A DNA stretch of 62,455 nucleotides, filler included, from Mycoplasmatota bacterium (GTDB lineage: Bacteria > Bacillota_I > Bacilli_A > RF39 > UBA660): NCBI GenBank assembly GCA_012727915.1. It is 5 parts of 5 records of this genome, joined end to end, with 100 filler letters (N's around TTAATTAATTAA, not from the genome) between each part and the next. Parts side by side here need not be neighbours in the genome. Positions count along the whole stretch, not along the records: positions 7,229 to 16,617 come from JAAYGD010000010.1; positions 16,718 to 28,633 come from JAAYGD010000011.1; 3 more parts are not named here. One strand, 5' to 3'. Made by a program: the position numbers and the translations under genes. The notes beneath the pieces were generated by a model. The model was given only the letters and a program-made list of their open reading frames with translations. It had not been told where the DNA came from and did not search any database. Of the stretch, positions 11,077-21,032 are shown in pieces. How positions within the stretch are numbered: the first letter of the stretch is position 1; each line of letters starts with the position of its first letter.

Positions 11077-11922
11077 ATGAAAAAGAAATATATACTTGAT
11101 ATTGTAATTACAATTACATTATTATTATTAATGAGAATAAAATTTTTAAACTTTAATTTACATGAATTAATTGGATTATTAACATTAATATTATTTATTG
11201 TTCATAAATTTTTTAATTATAAGATAATTATTAAAACTATTAAAAAATGGAAACTATTTAATATTAAAACTAAGCTTGGATTTATACTTGATGTAATATT
11301 ATTTATTATATTTTTATTTATGATAATATCATCAATTATGATTTCTAATAAAATATTTGGTTTTTTAAATATTGAATCAGGAAATATTTGGAGTGATATA
11401 CATCATTTATCTGCATATTTAATGTTTATAGTAATATCTATTCATATTGGTTTTCATTATAAAAGTTTGTTATTATTAGTAGAAAAAAAATTGAAAGTTA
11501 AAAACACAAAAACTAAAAAATATTTATATATATTTATATCAATAATGATAATGCTATTTGGTTTTAAAGTTATGCTTAATAATAATTTTTATATGTATTT
11601 ACTAAAACCATTTGGTTATAAAGAAAAAACAGAAGAAAAAATTATTGAAAGTGATATAAATACTGATAAAATATCATTGGATGAATATTTAAAAGATAAA
11701 CATTGTGATGGTTGTTCAAGACATTGTTTATTAACTAATTTAAGATGTTCTAACGGACAAATTTATTTACAAAAAGCTATTGATGAATATAATAAATTAT
11801 ATAATATAGAAAAAGAAAACACTAATATTAAAATCGAGTTAAATGTTTTAGATTATTTTTTAGTAATGACTGCTATTGTATCAACTACACATTACATATT
11901 AAAAGTAAAAAAACTTAATTAA
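11077..11922 (+). CDS. DUF4405-like membrane protein with C-terminal four-Cys motif
   Basis: TM helices with spaced His residues (LHELIG..IVH; IHH..SIHIGFH); CDGCSRHCLLTNLRC. Confidence 0.65.
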   Translation: MKKKYILDIVITITLLLLMRIKFLNFNLHELIGLLTLILFIVHKFFNYKIIIKTIKKWKLFNIKTKLGFILDVILFIIFLFMIISSIMISNKIFGFLNIESGNIWSDIHHLSAYLMFIVISIHIGFHYKSLLLLVEKKLKVKNTKTKKYLYIFISIMIMLFGFKVMLNNNFYMYLLKPFGYKEKTEEKIIESDINTDKISLDEYLKDKHCDGCSRHCLLTNLRCSNGQIYLQKAIDEYNKLYNIEKENTNIKIELNVLDYFLVMTAIVSTTHYILKVKKLN

Positions 11923-11965
11923 TTATTGCATTTATATAATATAAAGTGTATAATTTTAAATGCAT

Positions 11966-12050
11966 GCGGGTATGGCGGAATTGGCAGACGCACTAGACTT
12001 AGGATCTAGCGGAGTAATCCATGGGGGTTCAAGTCCCTTTACCCGCACCA
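11966..12050 (+). tRNA. tRNA-Leu (TAG)
   Basis: Cloverleaf with long variable arm, anticodon loop CTTAGGA, CCA end. Confidence 0.95.
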
Positions 12051-12183
12051 AATAGTTTATATACGAACATTATCTATTATCTGGGTGATTTCGTTATTTA
12101 TAAATCTTTTTAAGAGAACCATAAAAGGTTTTTTTTTAATGAAATTATAATTTTTAAGGTATAATATAATTATTGAGGTTTTT

Positions 12184-12900
12184 ATGAGAATAAATAATTA
12201 TATTAGTTCTTCTGGATATTGTTCTAGAAGAAAAGCAGATGAATATATAAAAAATGGCAAAGTCAAAATAAATGGTTTAAAAGCAGATATTGGACAAAAT
12301 GTAAATGATGATGATATTGTAGAAGTTTTAGGTAAAATAATTGTTTTTAAAAATATACCTGTATATATATCGTTTAATAAACCTATAGGAATAACTTGCA
12401 CTACTGATAGAAAAATAAATGGTAATATAATAGATTTTATTGGGTACAAAGAAAGAATTTTCCCAATTGGAAGATTAGATAAAGATTCAGAAGGACTAAT
12501 ATTATTAACAAATGATGGTAATATTGTAAATGAAATACTTAGAAGTAGTAATAATCATGAAAAAGATTATGTTGTAACGGTAGATAAAAATATAGATACT
12601 AATTTCATTAATGATATGTCTAATGGTATAAAAATATTCAACCCTGTTAGAAATGAATATACTATTACAAAAAAATGTAAGGTAGCAAAAATAAATAATA
12701 ATGTTTTTAAAATTACTTTGACACAAGGATTAAACAGGCAAATCAGAAGGATGTGCAATAGTTTAGGATATAATGTAATTAATCTAAAAAGAATTAGACT
12801 AATGAATATAGAATTAAAAAACTTGCCTACCGGTAGTTGGAGGCATATAAACAAAATAGAAATAAAAAATATGATGGATTTATTAAAAATAATAAAATGA
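12184..12900 (+). CDS. RsuA/RluF-family rRNA pseudouridine synthase
   Basis: S4 domain (SRRKAD), GRLDKDSEGL, GLNRQIRRM. Confidence 0.92.
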   Translation: MRINNYISSSGYCSRRKADEYIKNGKVKINGLKADIGQNVNDDDIVEVLGKIIVFKNIPVYISFNKPIGITCTTDRKINGNIIDFIGYKERIFPIGRLDKDSEGLILLTNDGNIVNEILRSSNNHEKDYVVTVDKNIDTNFINDMSNGIKIFNPVRNEYTITKKCKVAKINNNVFKITLTQGLNRQIRRMCNSLGYNVINLKRIRLMNIELKNLPTGSWRHINKIEIKNMMDLLKIIK

Positions 12901-12989
12901 TTATCATTAAAAAACTTCTTATATTTTTTTATATATTAAATTAGACAAAATTAATAATCAGTGCTAAAATTTAAAAATAAGGAGGAAAT

Positions 12990-13550
12990 ATGTTCTGTAA
13001 AAAATGTGGAAATCAAATTAAAGATGGACAACAAATTTGTGGTAAGTGTGGTGCTAGTGTAACAGAAAACAACCAAGTTAATACTAATCAAGTTAACAAT
13101 ACAGATACTTCAGGATTATCATCAATAGGTAATATGAAAGAGAATGTTGCTGCTCTTTTGGCTTATTTATCAGCAACTATCATTAGTTTTATTCCTGTTT
13201 CTTCAATTATATATTTTGCAATATTAGGACCAATATTATTTTATGTTCTTGAGAAAAAAAGCAAGTTTGTAAAAAAACATGCAGCACAAGCAATAGTATT
13301 ATATGTATCAATAATATTTTTGTTAGTTTCAAGTGCGTTTCTTAATTCTTTAATAGTAAATCCTCAAAATGTTTTAAATAATCCATATAGTTATTTAAGC
13401 GGTTACTCAATCATTGCATTCATTGCCAGAGTAATTAGTTTAATATTCGCAATATTCTCAATAATTGCGATGGTAAAAGCATATAAACACGAATATTATA
13501 GTATACCATTAGTTGGAAAGCTAGCTGAAAATATATTTAAACAAAAATAA
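12990..13550 (+). CDS. Zinc-ribbon + DUF4870-like membrane protein
   Basis: MFCKKCG...CGKCG; ALLAYL...FVKKHAAQA...YSIPLVG. Confidence 0.75.
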   Translation: MFCKKCGNQIKDGQQICGKCGASVTENNQVNTNQVNNTDTSGLSSIGNMKENVAALLAYLSATIISFIPVSSIIYFAILGPILFYVLEKKSKFVKKHAAQAIVLYVSIIFLLVSSAFLNSLIVNPQNVLNNPYSYLSGYSIIAFIARVISLIFAIFSIIAMVKAYKHEYYSIPLVGKLAENIFKQK

Positions 13551-13632
13551 TTATTAAAACACATATTTAATATGTGTTTTTTTATTGACAATTTTAATAA
13601 ATAAATTATACTAAAACTTAATGAAGGATATA

Positions 13633-14510
13633 ATGTTTAAATTTGAATATGAAACTGTTTTAGATGTAATGGAAATAAATAAAGAAGAATTAAGTAAAAC
13701 AAATTTTGTTAAATATAATTCTATAAAACAAATTGTTGAATTGAAGAATATACCTTTAGATTTTTCAACAAAAATATATAAAAAGTATTCTAATTATAGA
13801 AAAAATATTACTATTCTAACTCTAATGAAAGAATTTTAAATTTCGAACTAAATTCTGAATTTAAAGAGAAAAAAGCATTAGTAGTTGAAAAAATTATTAA
13901 TAAGGTTAATCCTTTCTTAATAACTGATGATTGGATTAAAGAAAATATAAAAGGAGATATAACAATTAATAATTTACCAAATGATTCAATGGATAGAGAA
14001 ATCAATACCTTATTAAGTACTTTTGATAATAATATAAATCCATTTATGAATAATAATGATAAACTATTAAAACCAATTGATTATTTAAAAAATATTGATT
14101 TTTCTTATAATTTAGGAAAATATTCTGATTTCTTTTTGAGAGATAAAAATAATTCCGCTATATTACATTATAAAAGATCTGATGATTTTGTATTATATAG
14201 TATTTATTTTAATAATAATGGAATAGATACTCATGTACAACATAAATACAATATAATAAACAGTAAAAATGTTGTAGAAACATTAAAAATTACAGAGTTA
14301 ACTGCTAATGATGATGGAAAATATAATGATATAAAATATAATTTATCTACAGGAAGCATAATAGATGGTAAACAGTTATATATAGAACCATCTCAAATGC
14401 ATAAATCTAGAACTGCTATTATTCTTAGTGCTGCAGTTGAGGCTTCTAATAAAGTTACTTTAGATAATATGATTAAAGAAAATTGCAGATCATTAAAAAG
14501 AGGAAATTAA
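13633..14510 (+). pseudogene. Orphan gene split by -1 frameshift at A6 run (13800-13805)
   Basis: First frame ends 13839; -1 frame open continuously from 13800 to 14510. Confidence 0.65.
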
Positions 14511-14514
14511 TTAT

Positions 14515-14661
14515 ATGAATAATATTGAAAAAATATTATATGGTAATGATTTGGAATCCCAATATTACGATCATTTTGATATAGAAGATATAAATGAAGT
14601 TGATACGCCTGAATTTGATGAGGAAGTTGATAATAGTTATTTTGAAGAAGAAGATGAATAA
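14515..14661 (+). CDS. 48-aa highly acidic protein (not in ORF track)
   Basis: AGAGGA RBS; MNNIEKILYGNDLESQYYDHFDIEDINEVDTPEFDEEVDNSYFEEEDE. Confidence 0.65.
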   Translation: MNNIEKILYGNDLESQYYDHFDIEDINEVDTPEFDEEVDNSYFEEEDE

Positions 14662-14702
14662 AAATATTAATAATGTGATAAAATATATATAAGGAGGTTT
14701 AT

Positions 14703-14954
14703 ATGGAAGAAGAAATGGTTGTTAAAAATGTAAGTGATAGCGAATTAAAAAAAGAAAGAAATTTGCAATTACTAAAGGCAAGCGCAATATTGTTTGCATC
14801 AGTAATATTAAAAAATATTAATTATAGATACATGAATTTTTTGCCAGAATTAGTAATGTTTTATGGTATTTATGAAACTTACAACTATATTAAATTAAGA
14901 GGCAAAAAATCATACATTGAATCTAATAGAGTAAAAACATTAATGAAAGGATAA
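14703..14954 (+). CDS. Hypothetical small membrane protein
   Basis: AAGGAGG RBS, two hydrophobic segments. Confidence 0.7.
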   Translation: MEEEMVVKNVSDSELKKERNLQLLKASAILFASVILKNINYRYMNFLPELVMFYGIYETYNYIKLRGKKSYIESNRVKTLMKG

Positions 14955-14957
14955 AAA

Positions 14958-15200
14958 ATGAATTTTGAAGTAAAAAGTACGGTTACGCTAAGTGATGATA
15001 AAAAGTATATGGTAATGAGTAAAGTAGAATACAATGGGAAAAAATATATGTTTTTAATAAACATTGATGATGAAAAAGATTATAAATTTTGTAGTTTAAA
15101 TAATGAAAACAAATTATTTCAAATTAAAGATGAAGATTTAATTCATACTATTGCGCCTTTATTATATAAAAACTTACTCGAAGAAATTGAAAAAGTTTAA
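14958..15200 (+). CDS. Hypothetical protein (DUF1292-like)
   Basis: 80-aa ORF; VEYNGKKYMFL..IKDEDL pattern. Confidence 0.55.
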   Translation: MNFEVKSTVTLSDDKKYMVMSKVEYNGKKYMFLINIDDEKDYKFCSLNNENKLFQIKDEDLIHTIAPLLYKNLLEEIEKV

Positions 15201-15201
15201 T

Positions 15202-16026
15202 ATGAAATTATATGTTAAAGATTTTGATTTAAAACAATCTATTACTAGTGGTCAATTCTTTAGATATGAATTTAAAAATGATTATTATTATATTATTTTA
15301 AAAGATAGAATAGTAAAAATTAAACAAATAGATGACTATATAATAGTGGATTCAAATAATATGAGAAATATAAAAGAAACAGTAGAAAGTTTCTTTTCTT
15401 TAGATATAGATTATAATAAGATTAATGATATATTAATAAATAAAGATAATTCAATTAAAGATATTATTAGAGCATCTATTGGTTATAAAATACAAAGAAT
15501 GGATCCTTTTGAAACTGTTATTTCATATATAATATCTGCTAATAATAGTGTAAATAATATTAGAAATTGTGTTAATAAAATTTCAAATAAATATGGTAAG
15601 AAAATATTATTTGAAAATAATTATTATTACTTGTTTCCAACAAAAGAAGAATTAAAAAATATTACTTTAGAAGAATTAATTGAAATGAAATTGGGATTCA
15701 GAGCAAAATATGTAAAAATTATAATAGATAAAATAAATAGTAATGAGTTTGATTTAGATATAATAAATAAGATGTCTTCAAAAGAAGCTTTATCTTATTT
15801 AATGAAAGAAAATGGTATAGGATTAAAAGTAGCGTCTTGTATCCTTCTTTTTTCATATTCTAGATATGATGTTTATCCAATAGATATATGGGTTAAAAAG
15901 ATTATGAAAGAAAGATTTAATATTGAAAAAGAAAAAGATATAAAAGAATATATGGAAAATAAGTATAAGGATTATTCTGGATTAGTAATTCAATATTTAT
16001 TTAATTATAAAAGGAATATACAATGA
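15202..16026 (+). CDS. 8-oxoguanine DNA glycosylase (HhH-GPD, Ogg type)
   Basis: SGQFFRY N-domain, ISANN, LGFRAKY, GIGLKVASCILLF, PID. Confidence 0.88.
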   Translation: MKLYVKDFDLKQSITSGQFFRYEFKNDYYYIILKDRIVKIKQIDDYIIVDSNNMRNIKETVESFFSLDIDYNKINDILINKDNSIKDIIRASIGYKIQRMDPFETVISYIISANNSVNNIRNCVNKISNKYGKKILFENNYYYLFPTKEELKNITLEELIEMKLGFRAKYVKIIIDKINSNEFDLDIINKMSSKEALSYLMKENGIGLKVASCILLFSYSRYDVYPIDIWVKKIMKERFNIEKEKDIKEYMENKYKDYSGLVIQYLFNYKRNIQ

Positions 16027-16617
16027 AAATTAATGATATTTTAATTGTTGATACAATTAAACAAGATGCTTTTGGAAGAGGTATAGCAAAATATAATAAT
16101 TTTGTTATTTTTGTTAATAATGCTTTACCTAATGAACAGTTAAAAATAATTATAAAAAAATTAAAGAAAAATTATGCTGAAGCTAATATTGTTGAAATAA
16201 TAAAACCTTCAAATAGTAGAAGAACCTATGAGTGTATTTATTATGATAAATGTGGAGGATGTAATATAGGTCATCAATGTTATGGTGATCAAATACAATA
16301 TAAGAAAAATAAAGTTAAAGAATTATTAAATGTTAAAAATATAGATATAATTAAAACAAATGAATTAAATTATAGAAATAAAATAGTGCTTAGAATAAAA
16401 GATAAAAAGGTTGGTTTATATGAAAAATTATCTAATTCAGTTGTAGAAATAGATAATTGTAAAATTTCAAATAACAAAATAAACAATATAATAACTAAAA
16501 TAAATGATTTTAAATATATAGAATATGTAAATGAAATTACTATTAGAGCATTAGATGAAACAATGATTAGTTTTATTACTAATAGAAATATAAATAAGGA
16601 AATAATAGAGTATTTTA
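16023..16617 (+). CDS. rlmD: 23S rRNA m5U methyltransferase RlmD family (partial, cut by contig end)
   Basis: TRAM domain, CIYYDKCGGC Fe-S motif, YRNK. Confidence 0.85.
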
Positions 16618-16717
16618 NNNNNNNNNNNNNNNNNNNNNNNNNNNNNNNNNNNNNNNNNNNNTTAATTAATTAANNNNNNNNNNNNNNNNNNNNNNNNNNN
16701 NNNNNNNNNNNNNNNNN
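16618..16717. other. Artificial contig linker
   Basis: N-run/TTAATTAATTAA/N-run. Confidence 0.99.
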
Positions 16718-16749
16718 CACACATAAAAACAATAATTTTTTAAAAAGTA

Positions 16750-16777
16750 TTGACATAAAAAATATGTTGTGTATAAT
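16750..16777 (+). promoter_or_regulatory. Sigma-A promoter of uracil permease leader
   Basis: TTGACA (16750) ... TATAAT (16772). Confidence 0.85.
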
Positions 16778-16784
16778 TAATTCT

Positions 16785-16895
16785 TAGGATATCCGAACAT
16801 GTTTAGTTCAAACTCAGTCAGATTGTATTATTTTTTATTACTGACTAGCTTATATTCTAAAAATAATCAATCTACTGGAAACAGTATTTTTTTTT
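16785..16895 (+). promoter_or_regulatory. Attenuator leader (three-stem element / antiterminator / terminator)
   Basis: Terminator TACTG-GAAA-CAGTA-T9 at 16873-16895 upstream of the RBS; competing pairing 16815-16835 with 16859-16877. Confidence 0.7.
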
Positions 16896-16915
16896 AAAAT
16901 TTTTAGGAGGTAAAA

Positions 16916-18277
16916 ATGAAAAAAAATGAAAAAATAACTGGTTATCTACCTGATGAAAGACCCCCATTTTTAGAACTTTTAATATTTGCACTTCAACAAA
17001 TAGTAGTAATGTTTCCAGCAACAGTACTAGTAGCATTAATAACAGGTTTTCATGTTTCAACAACTATATTTGCCAGTGGTTTAGCGACCCTGGTTTTTAT
17101 TTTTGTTACAGGAAAAAAAATACCACTATATTATGGATCTAGCTTTTCTTATATAGCCGCAATTGGATCTATAATGACTGCTGAAGCATTTGCAGGATTA
17201 TCATTAAACGAAAGGATATCCATTGCACAATTTGGAATAATGATGTCTGGATTTGTTTCTATTATTGCTGGATTAATAGTAAAAAGAAGTGGTCAAAAAG
17301 CAATCGATAAAGTATTACCTGCAACAGTTACTGGAAGCATTGCAATGATAATAGGATTATCATTAGCAGGAAGCGCTATAGGAAATGCTGCTTCTATTCC
17401 AGAAGGCATTGAAAAAGCTACACAAGCATTAGCAACTAACTGGGCATGGATAATTGCTTTAATAACTTTATTTTCAACAATAATATATTCAGTATATTTA
17501 AAAGGTAAATTAAGTCAATTACCTATTCTATTTGGTTTATTAACTGGATACTTAGCAGCACTTATTATTGGATTATTTACTGATATACCTTTTGTAGCAT
17601 TTAATACAATAACCTCAAGTAGTATAGTTAATTTACCAATATTTACTTTTCCAAAACCATCTTGGGAAGCAATACTCGCAATAATGCCAATAGCAATTGC
17701 TACTATTCCAGAATCTACTGCTCATATATACCAATTAGATATATATGTAAATGAATTAGCTAGTAAAATGAAATCTAAAAAGAAATATGATATAGCATCT
17801 AAACTAGGAATAAACTTAATTGGTGATGGTATTGGAGATATAGTATCAAGTTCTATAGGAGGACCAGCTGGAACAAACTATGGAGAAAATATAAGCGCAA
17901 TGGCCATATCAAAGAACTTCTCTGTTCCAGTACTTATCGCAGCAAGTATTATTACAATGATTATATCTTGCTTTACTCCATTAATAAATGTTGTATATTC
18001 AATTCCTTCAGCTGTAATTGGAGGATTATCTATATATTTATTTGGAGTTATAGCTGCTCAAGGAATTACAATTATGATTAATAAAAATGTTGATTTATTT
18101 AGTTCTAAGAACTTAGCAGTTATTGCGGTTATATTAATAATTGGAATTGGTGGAGCATTTAGTTTTGAAGGTGGAATGATTCCAATATTTGGAACTAAAT
18201 TACCAGCTCTAGCAACTGCTGCAATAGTGGGAATATTATTAAATTTAATATTATCAATTAAAGAGAACAAAAAATAA
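16916..18277 (+). CDS. NCS2/NAT-family uracil(-xanthine) permease (UraA/PyrP-like)
   Basis: YYGSSFSY, TNYGENI signature, multiple TM helices. Confidence 0.9.
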   Translation: MKKNEKITGYLPDERPPFLELLIFALQQIVVMFPATVLVALITGFHVSTTIFASGLATLVFIFVTGKKIPLYYGSSFSYIAAIGSIMTAEAFAGLSLNERISIAQFGIMMSGFVSIIAGLIVKRSGQKAIDKVLPATVTGSIAMIIGLSLAGSAIGNAASIPEGIEKATQALATNWAWIIALITLFSTIIYSVYLKGKLSQLPILFGLLTGYLAALIIGLFTDIPFVAFNTITSSSIVNLPIFTFPKPSWEAILAIMPIAIATIPESTAHIYQLDIYVNELASKMKSKKKYDIASKLGINLIGDGIGDIVSSSIGGPAGTNYGENISAMAISKNFSVPVLIAASIITMIISCFTPLINVVYSIPSAVIGGLSIYLFGVIAAQGITIMINKNVDLFSSKNLAVIAVILIIGIGGAFSFEGGMIPIFGTKLPALATAAIVGILLNLILSIKENKK

Positions 18278-18289
18278 TTAAAAAATGAA

Positions 18290-18328
18290 TATTAAAAAAC
18301 GTTAATAATAAATATTAACGTTTTTAAT
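18290..18328. terminator. Bidirectional terminator
   Basis: AAAAACGTTAATA / TATTAACGTTTTT inverted repeat between convergent genes. Confidence 0.75.
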
Positions 18329-18508
18329 TTATAAGGATTTAAACTAAATAATTAATCTGGACCATGCATTGCATTATTCATTCTAAGTATATCATATGCT
18401 ATTGCAACGATTATAGATAATACAATTAAAATATCTTTTTTATTTACTATATAGTCATAAAAAATTTGTTTTACTTCATCAATATCATATGAATTTTTAA
18501 AGTACAAA

Positions 18509-18847
18509 TCAATTCCAGTAGGGCTTCCTTTTGTAATACAAAGTGAAAAAGTATTTTCTATTTTCATCTGTTAATGATTTTCTATTCCAACTAATTCTTT
18601 TTTGTTCAACCTCTGGTAATTTTTCCATATCATGTTCACTAGTAAAGTATCTGTCAGTATTACCATTAATGACTACAAAACAATTTTCTCTTATTAAATT
18701 TATACATTCATTCGGATGAGTCCCCTTTGCAATAATGTCACCTAAACATATTATTTTGTCTATTCCTCTATTTTTAATATCTAATAAAACTTTTTTAGTT
18801 GCTTCTAAATTTCCATGAATATCTGAAATAATAGCAATTTTATTCAT
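18509..18847 (-). pseudogene. Truncated metallophosphoesterase (calcineurin-like/YfcE type)
   Basis: SDIHGN, LGDII, GNTD motifs, but only ~112 aa and lacking the later His motifs. Confidence 0.75.
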
Positions 18848-19037
18848 CAATAACACCTCTATTTAAATTATATCATAAGTTACTACGGTTAGTTTTTTTC
18901 AAAAAAGATAGATTAATCCTCGTCTTTGTTATTTTGTTCAATTTTTTCTAAAAAAGCTTTAAATTTATTTGCCTAAGCAATATATGTTTATTCTCATTTT
19001 AATAATTAAGATGTTTTTATTTCCAGTTTTTTTTTGA

Positions 19038-19403
19038 TTAATTAAATAAAGCTATTAGTTTTGGTACAAATATTAATAGTCCAATAATGCTAGATCCAAT
19101 TACAAATATTAATACCGCTCCCGCTGATATATCTTTTGCTTTCTTAACCATATCATTCTTTTTAGGCATTGCTAAATCAATTGTATATTCAATAGCAGTA
19201 TTAATCATTTCTGTTGCTATTATTAAACAAAATAAAGTAATTATTATTATCCATTCAATTAAAGAGTTCTCTAATATAATACCCATTATTATTACTAATA
19301 ACATAATTTCTATTTGAATTTTAATATTTCTTTCTGATTTATAAGCACTTATTATTCCTTCAATAGCACATTTAAAACTACTAATAATATTTTTATTTTT
19401 CAT
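19038..19403 (-). CDS. dgkA: Diacylglycerol/undecaprenol kinase
   Basis: ERNIKI, EMINTAIEYTID, AKDISAGAVL. Confidence 0.9.
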   Translation of the reverse strand: MKNKNIISSFKCAIEGIISAYKSERNIKIQIEIMLLVIIMGIILENSLIEWIIIITLFCLIIATEMINTAIEYTIDLAMPKKNDMVKKAKDISAGAVLIFVIGSSIIGLLIFVPKLIALFN

Positions 19404-19532
19404 TCGATTCACCTACTCTTTATAAATATATTAATTACATATGAAAAAGTTAAAGAAATTCTTACCCTCTCTATATCATATGGTTAATTATGAATTATTT
19501 TTATTATACACTAATAAATTAGATTATAATAT

Positions 19533-19560
19533 AAAAAAAGCGAGAGCCTTTTGGACTCTC
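19533..19560 (-). terminator. Intrinsic terminator
   Basis: GAGAGTCC-AAAA-GGCTCTC then T7 on minus strand. Confidence 0.7.
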
Positions 19561-19673
19561 TTCAGGGGGATGTAGAACCCATTATTTTTTAATCATATTA
19601 TTCATTATTTACAGCCTATATTATGCTAATTTTGTCGTAAAAATGCCTATTTTACCCATACTGTATCATGTAC

Positions 19674-19694
19674 TTGTTCCCAATTTGTTCCCAA
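19674..19694. repeat. Tandem direct repeat TTGTTCCCAA x2 (integrase arm-site-like)
   Basis: Exact 10-mer at 19674 and 19685. Confidence 0.6.
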
Positions 19695-19803
19695 GAATAC
19701 TTTTTACTATCAAATTCAATTAAACAAATGCCCGTTTTAAAAGGATTTAAAGATTAATATTGTCCTCTTCAGAAAGATTACGATAAATTACTTGATTTTA
19801 TTA

Positions 19804-19938
19804 TCAAGATAAGTGATTAATATAACAACTTTTAAAGGAGGATAATATGGATGGAATTAACACTGTTTTATTAGTGCATCCTACTAAAGTAAAACTAAAC
19901 ATTCCAATTAAAACTAAACATAATAATTTCTTTTTCAT
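19804..19938 (-). pseudogene. Lipoprotein gene remnant (signal peptide only)
   Basis: MKKKLLCLVLIGMFSFTLVGC lipobox, then runs into the start of an opposite-strand ORF. Confidence 0.6.
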
Positions 19939-19978
19939 AATCCAACCCCATTTCAACAAATTGCTATTTATCTAAATT

Positions 19979-20971
19979 TTATACTTTATAATACATTTGA
20001 TTCTTACTTGTTGGTTTATCTGGAATAGTCATCTTTACTAATCCTTCATTTATAGCAGGATCTAAGTAATTTGCCCTAAATGTTTCTTTTGATTTAATAT
20101 TTAATTTTTCCATTATTTGATTAGCAGTCATTGGAATATTATTATCCATTACACCTAGTAATTTAACTAGATAAACGTTATTTTGAGTCAATGCTTGCGA
20201 TGTTGAACTAATTATTTCATTTAAAACTTCATCAAACATTTTTAACATAAATTCAATGAATTCATTAGAGTTCCCATTAATATGGCAATGAGCTATCGAA
20301 TTATAATACTCTTCTTGATATTTTTTTATTTGATTCTCTATTGGTAGGTATTCAAAAACCTCTTTATAATTGGATAATATAACAGTCTGCCATAATCTTG
20401 CCATTCTTCCATTACCATCGGTAAATGGATGAATGAAAACAAATTCATAGTGAAATATTGAAGATAATATTAATGGATTAATGTTATTTTTTTCCCTTTT
20501 CATAAAATCAAATAATTCTTCCATTAATCCTGGTACTCTATCTTGTGGTGGTGCCATGAAAATACATTTTTCACCATCAAATACACCTTCAGCAGAAGAT
20601 CTAAAAATACCAGATTCATCTAAAGTTAAATATGTCATTACACCATGAACTTTTAACAAATCTTTTATTGAATAAGGACTTACCTCTTTTATCATCTCAT
20701 AAGCTTTATATGCATTTTTTACTTCTTGAATTTCCTTTTGTGGGCCTAAAACCATTTTACCATTTATAATATCTTTAACTTGATTTAATGATAATGAATT
20801 AGCTTCAATTGCAAGAGATGAATGAATTGAATTAATTCGATTATTTCTTCTTAACGTAGGCATCTTGTTTAAACTATTGTAATTATCCAATTTACCTATT
20901 TTCTCCATTATAGTTGCTACTAGATCAAGCATTTTATTAGTAATAGGAAATGGTGGAGTATATTTTTCCAT
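19979..20971 (-). CDS. Fic-family protein with C-terminal HTH-like domain
   Basis: HPFTDGNGRMAR Fic motif; N-terminal SLAIEAN inhibitory-type motif; PDKPTSKNQMY tail. Confidence 0.92.
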   Translation of the reverse strand: MEKYTPPFPITNKMLDLVATIMEKIGKLDNYNSLNKMPTLRRNNRINSIHSSLAIEANSLSLNQVKDIINGKMVLGPQKEIQEVKNAYKAYEMIKEVSPYSIKDLLKVHGVMTYLTLDESGIFRSSAEGVFDGEKCIFMAPPQDRVPGLMEELFDFMKREKNNINPLILSSIFHYEFVFIHPFTDGNGRMARLWQTVILSNYKEVFEYLPIENQIKKYQEEYYNSIAHCHINGNSNEFIEFMLKMFDEVLNEIISSTSQALTQNNVYLVKLLGVMDNNIPMTANQIMEKLNIKSKETFRANYLDPAINEGLVKMTIPDKPTSKNQMYYKV

Positions 20972-21032
20972 AGTTTCACCTCTATTTTTCTTTCATTTAT
21001 ATTATACCATTTAAATTAAAAACAATCAATTA

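Noticed and set aside
18352..18567. 71-aa ORF as the frameshifted C-terminus of the phosphoesterase
   Set aside because: No metallophosphoesterase His motifs; more likely an unrelated remnant beyond a deletion junction.
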